From assembly GCA_965242525.1 (NCBI GenBank), contig OZ251459.1, forward strand, positions 1,728,001 through 1,792,000: a stretch of DNA of 64,000 nt, read 5' to 3'. This document shows, piece by piece, positions 58,243 through 64,000 of this stretch. The DNA is from an uncultured Candidatus Binatia bacterium. Lineage in GTDB: Bacteria; Desulfobacterota; Binatia; UBA9968; JAJDTQ01. A program made the position numbers and the translations under genes. The notes beneath the pieces are model-generated. The model had not been told where the DNA came from and made no database searches. It saw only the letters and a list, made by a program, of their open reading frames with translations. How positions within the stretch are numbered: position 1 is the first letter of the stretch; the number at the start of each line of letters is the position of its first letter.

Positions 58243-60417
58243 ATGAAACAGGTGGTCCAGAACGCCAGGAGCGGAGAGCTCACCCTCAGAACGGTCCCGG
58301 ACCCGCAGGTCCGGCCGGGCCATCTGCTGGTAAGGTCCCGGGCGTCGTTGATCTCCGCAGGCACCGAACGCGATGTCGTCAGGTTCGCCCGGAAGAACCT
58401 GATCGAGAAGGCGCGCGCGCGACCGGACCTGGTCCGCCAGACCATCGGCAAGTTCCGGCGAGACGGGCTGGCCGAGACCGCCAGGACGGTGATGACGCGC
58501 CTGGACGAGCCGACGCCGCTGGGCTATTCCGCGGCCGGCGTCGTGGCTCAGGTCGGAGCCGGACTGGAGGGTCGATACCGGCCGGGGCAACGAGTCGCCG
58601 TCTCCGGCGCCGGCTGGGCAAACCACGCCGAGTGGAACGCCGTTCCGGAAAACCTGGCGGCGCCCGTTCCCGACGGCGTCCCGGACGAAGAAGCTTGCTA
58701 CGCTTCCGTGTGCGCCATCGCCCTGCACGGCGTACGCTTGACACGGCCCGAACTGGGCGCTTGGTGCGCCGTCATCGGGGTGGGGCTGGTGGGACAGCTT
58801 GCCGCACAGTTCCTGGCCCTGTCCGGCGTGCGGGTCCTGGCCCTCGACTTCGACCCGGGTCGCCTGGAGCTTGCCCGACGCCTCGGCGCGGAACGGACCT
58901 GCGACCTGAAGCGCGGAGACCCCGGGGCCGCGGCCATGGAGGCAACGGACGGCCTGGGCTGCGACGCAGTGGTCATCGCCGCGGCCACCCTGTCGAGCGC
59001 TCCCTTCGAGACCGCTGCGCGGGTGGCCCGGGACCGGGCGGTGGTGTCGCTCATCGGGCACACGGGCACCGAGTTCCCCTTCCGCGAGTTCATGCGGAAG
59101 GAGCTTACCGTCACGGCGTCCCGGTCCCTCGGTCCGGGCCGGTACGATCCGGACTACGAGAACCACGGAGTGAAGTATCCCCCCGGTTTCGTGCGCTGGA
59201 CCGAGACCGAGAACCTGAAAGCCTCGCTGGACCTGATGCGGCCGGGACGGGGACGCCGCCTGGACCCCGGGGCGCTGACCACCCACCGGTTCACCTTCGA
59301 ACGCGCGGAAACCGCCTATGCGTTGGTCGTGGGCGGAGCCGAGCCGCACCTGGGAGTGGTCCTCCAGTACGACGAGTCCGAACCCGAGGCGCACAGCGTC
59401 CACCTTGCGCCCACAGCGGCCAAACGGTCGTTCGCGAAACGGGAACGCTGCGTCCTCGGCGTCATCGGCGCCGGAACCTTTGCGCGCACGACGCTGTTGC
59501 CGGCGCTGAAGAAGATCCCCCACTGCGAGATGCATACCGTCGCCACCTCCCGCGGCGTCTCCGCCGAGCACGGCCAGCGGCGCTTCGGCTTTGCCCGGGC
59601 AACCACCGACGAGGCCGCGGTCTTCGACGACCCCGACATCAACGCGGTCCTGCTGGCGACGCCGCACAGTCTGCACGCCGGCCAGACCGTACGCGCCCTG
59701 AACGCCGGCAAGCACGTCTTCGTCGAGAAGCCCCTGTCCCTCTCCAGGGAGGAACTCCGGGAGGTGGTCGCCGCCCGACGCTCGTCCCCGGCTTTCTTCC
59801 AGGTCGGTTTCAACCGACGTTTCGCGCCCCTGAGCCTGGCCGCCCAGGCGCATCTGGCAACCCTGCCGGGACGACGGCACGTCCTCTTGCGCGTCAACGC
59901 CGGCCGTCTCCCGGACCACCACTGGCAGGCCGAAGCGAACGAGGGCCGCGGGAGGATCCTCGGCGAAGCCTGCCACTTCATCGACCTCGGAGCCTTCCTC
60001 GCAGGCGCGCCCCTGGTGTCGGTCCACGCCGAGGCCGCGGCGGGCGGCGACCCGTGCGAGGACGTGACCATCATCGGGGAACTGGCGGACGGAAGCCTCG
60101 TCACCGTGTTCTACACGGCCCTCGGCGACCCCGCCCACGGAAAGGAGATGATCGAAGCCTACGCGGGGGGCAGCGTGGTCAGGATCGAGGACTTCCGGCA
60201 GTTGACCATTGCCGGGAAGGGCCGGGTTCGAAAGAAGAAGTCGCGCCTCGGACAGGACAAGGGCCACGGCGCAGAACTGCGGGCGTTCGTGGACGCGGTG
60301 GTTGCCGGCGGCCCGCCGCCCGTCGAAGAGGCGCAACTCGTCAATTCCAGCCTCGCAACCATCGCGGTCCCGGAGTCCTTGGCCAAGGGGACGCGGGTGG
60401 TCCTGGAGCCGCTTTGA
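58243..60417 (+). CDS. Bi-domain oxidoreductase (Zn-ADH-like + Gfo/Idh/MocA) of polysaccharide clusters
   Basis: ISAGTE, PLGYS, GVGLVG, GPGRYD, IGAGTF, HVFVEKP, VGFNRRF, GEACHFID. Confidence 0.92.
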   Translation: MKQVVQNARSGELTLRTVPDPQVRPGHLLVRSRASLISAGTERDVVRFARKNLIEKARARPDLVRQTIGKFRRDGLAETARTVMTRLDEPTPLGYSAAGVVAQVGAGLEGRYRPGQRVAVSGAGWANHAEWNAVPENLAAPVPDGVPDEEACYASVCAIALHGVRLTRPELGAWCAVIGVGLVGQLAAQFLALSGVRVLALDFDPGRLELARRLGAERTCDLKRGDPGAAAMEATDGLGCDAVVIAAATLSSAPFETAARVARDRAVVSLIGHTGTEFPFREFMRKELTVTASRSLGPGRYDPDYENHGVKYPPGFVRWTETENLKASLDLMRPGRGRRLDPGALTTHRFTFERAETAYALVVGGAEPHLGVVLQYDESEPEAHSVHLAPTAAKRSFAKRERCVLGVIGAGTFARTTLLPALKKIPHCEMHTVATSRGVSAEHGQRRFGFARATTDEAAVFDDPDINAVLLATPHSLHAGQTVRALNAGKHVFVEKPLSLSREELREVVAARRSSPAFFQVGFNRRFAPLSLAAQAHLATLPGRRHVLLRVNAGRLPDHHWQAEANEGRGRILGEACHFIDLGAFLAGAPLVSVHAEAAAGGDPCEDVTIIGELADGSLVTVFYTALGDPAHGKEMIEAYAGGSVVRIEDFRQLTIAGKGRVRKKKSRLGQDKGHGAELRAFVDAVVAGGPPPVEEAQLVNSSLATIAVPESLAKGTRVVLEPL

Positions 60418-60668
60418 TGGCGAGACTCTTCCCGAGAGCGGTCCGACGTCCGGGATCCGGTGAACCCGACGCGAACCCTGTCCCCTTTCCGGGTAACCTC
60501 ATCGAGATGCCCCCCCCCCCCCCCCCCCCCATAAAAACACCGGCCGGGAGAGGACCGGAAATGACGAAGGTCGGCAGCAGCGAGACGCAGGCCATGGACC
60601 TGCAACCGGGGGACCCGGTCCTGAGGTCGTCGGCCGTGAGCGCAGGAACGGACATGGAGTCTCCTTGA
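60417..60668 (+). other. 83-codon ORF overlapping both neighbours and containing a C21 tract (60510-60530)
   Basis: TGATG overlap at 60415-60419 and TTGA overlap at 60665-60668; translation unproven. Confidence 0.4.
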
Positions 60669-62500
60669 GCGCCCTTCGCACGTGGCGGGCGGTCCGACAC
60701 ATGAGGCCCGAACAGGTCGTCCAGCGCCTGGTCTGCCGGGGCCGCTTCCATTACATGAGCCGGTTTCCGACGCGCGCCTGGCGTTCGGTGGACCGGGACG
60801 CGAACCGACTGCCGCTGCCGGATCCGACGAACCCGCTTCTCGGGCGCGTTGCGCAGCGTGTGCTGCAATTGCAGCACGCGGTCCACGGGCGTCGTCCGGA
60901 CGGCGTCGGCGAGGGCAGGTTCACCCTGCTGGGACGGACCATCGACTTCGGCGGCGTCGAGGCCGTCGAGTGGCGGCGCGAACTGAACGAAGGCAACAAC
61001 GCCCTGTGGCGCATGAACCTCTCCTATTTCGGCTACGCGGCGCCGCTGCTGGCCACGGGCGACGAACGGGCGCTGGAAGCGGTCCATTCGCTGGTGCGCT
61101 CCCTGGAACGCCAGAACCCCTTTGCCGCAAGGGGCGTGTTCCGGGACGTCTGGAACCCCTACAGCGCCAGCCACCGCCTGATCAACCTGCTGGCGGGGCT
61201 GCACCTGTTCCGGCGCAACGCCGCACGAGCCGGCTCTGCGCGCCGTATGGAGGCGCAAGCATTCCTGTTGCATCACGTCAGGTTCTGCGCTATCCTTGTG
61301 CGACGCACTTTGGAACGTGACCTGCAATACAACCATCTGCTGAAGAATTACGTCGCTCTGGTGGTGTATGCCTGCGGTCTGGGGGGATTACCGGCAGCTT
61401 GGCGTTTCCTGAACAGGACGACACCGGCATGCGTCGAGTCGCAAGTACTCGACGATGGCGGTCACGCCGAACGGTGTCCCATGTACCACGTTCTCTCGAT
61501 CCTGGACATGATGGTGCTTGCGGACGCTGGTGTGCTCGACCAAGCGGCGTCGCGGAGGATCGAGCCGCAGCTTGCACGGATGCAACGGGCCCTTGAGGTG
61601 ATGATGCACCCCGATGGCGACATCGCGCTGTTCAACGATTCCTGGATCGGCGAGGCGCCTCCCGGCCATGCGTTGACCGGATCCGAAGGCGCCGGGTCAG
61701 GGACGCTTGCCCTGGAGCAATCGGGCTACGTCCAGCTCAGGTTCGGCAAGGACGCCGCGATCTTCGACTGCGGAGCGTGCGGACCGGACGACAACCCCGC
61801 CCATGCCCATGCGGACTTTCTCGCCGTGGAGCTTTCCATCGCGGGCCGCCGCTTCCTGGTGGACTTCGGCGTGCCCACCTATTCCGCCGGCACCCTGAGG
61901 GACATGGCGCGGTCGGCGAGCGCGCACAACGGTCCCCGTTTCGAGGGCGTCGATCCCATGGAGTTCTGGCTGTCGTTCCGGGTCGGACGCAGGGGCCGCG
62001 CCCACCGCATCACTGCTCTCGGCCACGAGCCGGATACGCCGCTCTGGTGCGCGGGTTGGCAAGACGGCTATTCGACCATCTCCGCGACGGTGGCCCGAGG
62101 CTTGGCGCTGTATCCGGGCCAGGGCCTGCTGATCGTGGACGTCTGGCGCGGGGGCGCAGGACACGAGGCCGTCGTGGACTTCCTGGTGTCCGATGCGTGG
62201 GTCCCCGGCCAACCCGGGCGCTTCGAGCTCGCGGAGGGCCAACCCGGACGGGAAGTCCGGTTCGACGCCGTTGCCGGTTCCATCGAAGATCCGGCTCCGG
62301 CGCAACACTGGCCGAAGTTCGGCGAGCCGCACTTGGCCCATCGGTTGCACGTTCGCCCTATCGGACACGACGAAAGGCGATGGGCCGCGGTGTGGATCGG
62401 TTGGGGCAGCGAAGGGAAGGGCGCGGAAGCGGCAACCCCGTTGCGGGACGCCCTGTTCGATGCGCTCGATACCGATGGCAAACGGAGACGGGCCGCATGA
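60665..62500 (+). CDS. Heparinase II/III-like protein
   Basis: LWRMNL, WNPY, YNHLLKN, DGGHAERCPMYH, HPDGDIALFNDS, HAHAD, SAHN. Confidence 0.9.
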   Translation: MSALRTWRAVRHMRPEQVVQRLVCRGRFHYMSRFPTRAWRSVDRDANRLPLPDPTNPLLGRVAQRVLQLQHAVHGRRPDGVGEGRFTLLGRTIDFGGVEAVEWRRELNEGNNALWRMNLSYFGYAAPLLATGDERALEAVHSLVRSLERQNPFAARGVFRDVWNPYSASHRLINLLAGLHLFRRNAARAGSARRMEAQAFLLHHVRFCAILVRRTLERDLQYNHLLKNYVALVVYACGLGGLPAAWRFLNRTTPACVESQVLDDGGHAERCPMYHVLSILDMMVLADAGVLDQAASRRIEPQLARMQRALEVMMHPDGDIALFNDSWIGEAPPGHALTGSEGAGSGTLALEQSGYVQLRFGKDAAIFDCGACGPDDNPAHAHADFLAVELSIAGRRFLVDFGVPTYSAGTLRDMARSASAHNGPRFEGVDPMEFWLSFRVGRRGRAHRITALGHEPDTPLWCAGWQDGYSTISATVARGLALYPGQGLLIVDVWRGGAGHEAVVDFLVSDAWVPGQPGRFELAEGQPGREVRFDAVAGSIEDPAPAQHWPKFGEPHLAHRLHVRPIGHDERRWAAVWIGWGSEGKGAEAATPLRDALFDALDTDGKRRRAA

Positions 62501-63783
62501 AAATCATCGTGTACGGACTCGGATACGTGGGGACAGCTACCGCTGCCTGTCTCATGGCGCAAGGTCACCGCGTCGCCGGCATCGATGTGGACGCGGCCAA
62601 GAACGAGGCATTCGCGTCCGGCAGGTCGCCTGTGGGCGAGACGGGGACCGACGAATTGTTGAGCACCGCCCGGACCAACGGACGCATCCTCGAAACGTCT
62701 GCGGTCGCCGACCACGTCATGGACGCGGATGCCGTACTGGTATGCGTAGGGACACCGATCGGGCCCGACGGAACGCCGGACCTGTCACAGGTCCTGGCCG
62801 TCACCGATGAGTGCGGAGCCGCGCTGAAGCGCCGTCCGTCCCATGCGCCTCCGGTCACGGTGGCCTACCGCAGCACCATGCTGCCCGGGTCCATGGAAGA
62901 GATCGTGATCCCCGAGCTGGCCCGGCGCGCCGGCGCGCCGGGCGAACACTACGAGGTCGTCTACAACCCCGAGTTCCTGCGCGAAGGCACGGCCATAGAG
63001 GACTTTTTCGATCCTCCCAGAATCGTCATCGGGGAACGGGTTCCCGGCAGCGCCCAGTGTCTGAAAGGGATGTATAGCCGCATCGAGGCGCCCGTCTTCG
63101 AGGTTCCGTTGGCCGTGGCGGAAGTGCTCAAGTACGCCGACAACGGTTTCCATGCCCTCAAGGTCGCCTTTGCCAACGAGCTCGGGCGGCTGGCCCACTC
63201 GCTGGGGGTCCCCGTTCATTCGATGTCCGAGGTCTTCCTGGCGGACACGAAGCTGAACGTGTCGCCGGCCTATCTGCGCCCCGGCGGAGCGTTCGGCGGT
63301 TCCTGTCTGCCCAAGGACGTGCTCGCCTTGACCACCTACCTGAAAAGGAACGAAATCCGTGCGCCGTTGATCGAGAGCATCCTGGCCAGTAACGACATAC
63401 ACCAGGAATACCTTGCGGAGTACGCGACTACACGCGTTTCACCGGGCGGACATATCCTGCTCCTGGGCATGAGCTTCAAACCCGGCACCGACGACCTTCG
63501 CGGAAGCCCGTTGGTGGATTTGGCGGAACGACTGCTGGACAAGGGGTTCCGGCTGACCATCCACGATCCCGACGTGCATCCCGAACGACTGACGGGGATG
63601 AACCTCGACCTCGCCCAAACACGCCTGCGCCATCTTTTCGCGCTGTTGACCGACGACCTGGAGAAGGCCTGGGACACCGCCGACCTGATCGTGGTCGGCA
63701 AGACCATGCCCCATCTGGCAGACCGCCTTGGCGGCGATGCAAGGTCCGTCTCGCTGGATCGTCTGAACGGCCGCATGCCATGA
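62497..63783 (+). CDS. Nucleotide-sugar dehydrogenase (GDP-mannose 6-dehydrogenase-like)
   Basis: GLGYVG, CVGTP, NPEFLREG, KYADNGFHALK, FGGSCLPKD, FKPGTDDLRGSP. Confidence 0.93.
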   Translation: MKIIVYGLGYVGTATAACLMAQGHRVAGIDVDAAKNEAFASGRSPVGETGTDELLSTARTNGRILETSAVADHVMDADAVLVCVGTPIGPDGTPDLSQVLAVTDECGAALKRRPSHAPPVTVAYRSTMLPGSMEEIVIPELARRAGAPGEHYEVVYNPEFLREGTAIEDFFDPPRIVIGERVPGSAQCLKGMYSRIEAPVFEVPLAVAEVLKYADNGFHALKVAFANELGRLAHSLGVPVHSMSEVFLADTKLNVSPAYLRPGGAFGGSCLPKDVLALTTYLKRNEIRAPLIESILASNDIHQEYLAEYATTRVSPGGHILLLGMSFKPGTDDLRGSPLVDLAERLLDKGFRLTIHDPDVHPERLTGMNLDLAQTRLRHLFALLTDDLEKAWDTADLIVVGKTMPHLADRLGGDARSVSLDRLNGRMP

Positions 63784-64000
63784 CCCGCTCCGCGGCCCGA
63801 GCGAGCACGAACGACGACACCCGTCCCGTAGCGCCCAGCGGTATTCCGCGTTGGATGAACGTGGAAAGGGCGCCGCGGCCCATGAGCATCGCCGTCGTGT
63901 GCCCGCGTTTCCCGTTGCCCATGACCCGGGCCGACCAGATGACCGTCGCGCACCTGCTGGCGTTCCTGTCCGCCCGCGGCCACAGCGTGGACCTCTACAG
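63780..64000 (+). CDS. Glycosyltransferase (GT4-like) N-terminus, truncated by window edge
   Basis: ATGA overlap; IAVVCPRFPLP...ADQ...LLAFLSARGHSVDL. Confidence 0.65.
   Translation, partial: MTRSAARASTNDDTRPVAPSGIPRWMNVERAPRPMSIAVVCPRFPLPMTRADQMTVAHLLAFLSARGHSVDLY

Noticed and set aside
43083-60336. Long antisense ORFs (e.g. 43083-46373, 48700-51288, 57526-60336)
   Set aside because: Stop-poor mirror frames expected opposite high-GC3 genes; no recognisable domains

Overview
High-GC bacterial window of about 45 genes. The gene mix (TAXI TRAP transporter, CoA-transferase pair, UbiD, EutA-like protein, GOLPH3/GPP34, ileS-lspA) suggests a Deltaproteobacteria/Binatota-like organism, possibly a symbiont; this is inference only. 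Left to right: (1) a truncated fused restriction-modification enzyme that the ORF track misses; (2) a ~1 kb repeat mosaic; (3) catabolic and transport genes; (4) ileS-lspA; (5) aldolase-UbiD, then a frameshifted NCS2 permease fused to a degenerate RsbW-like domain, STAS and GPP34; (6) PPK2 and an EutA-like gene; (7) a MoxR/DUF58/BatA/DUF4159/DUF4175 cluster split by ~7.7 kb of other genes; (8) molybdoenzyme and peptidase genes; (9) a capsule/EPS locus running off the right edge. Main observations: a MITE family with IS5-like terminal inverted repeats and 4-bp target duplications that carries a REP core (four full copies, one with the core amplified 8x); a candidate transporter-pseudokinase/STAS/GPP34 signalling module; and a capsule locus rich in slippage-prone repeats, including a C21 tract inside a doubly coupled 83-codon ORF that could act as a three-state translational switch. 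No rRNA, tRNA or CRISPR array was found. Family calls come from motif recognition by eye, not database searches.
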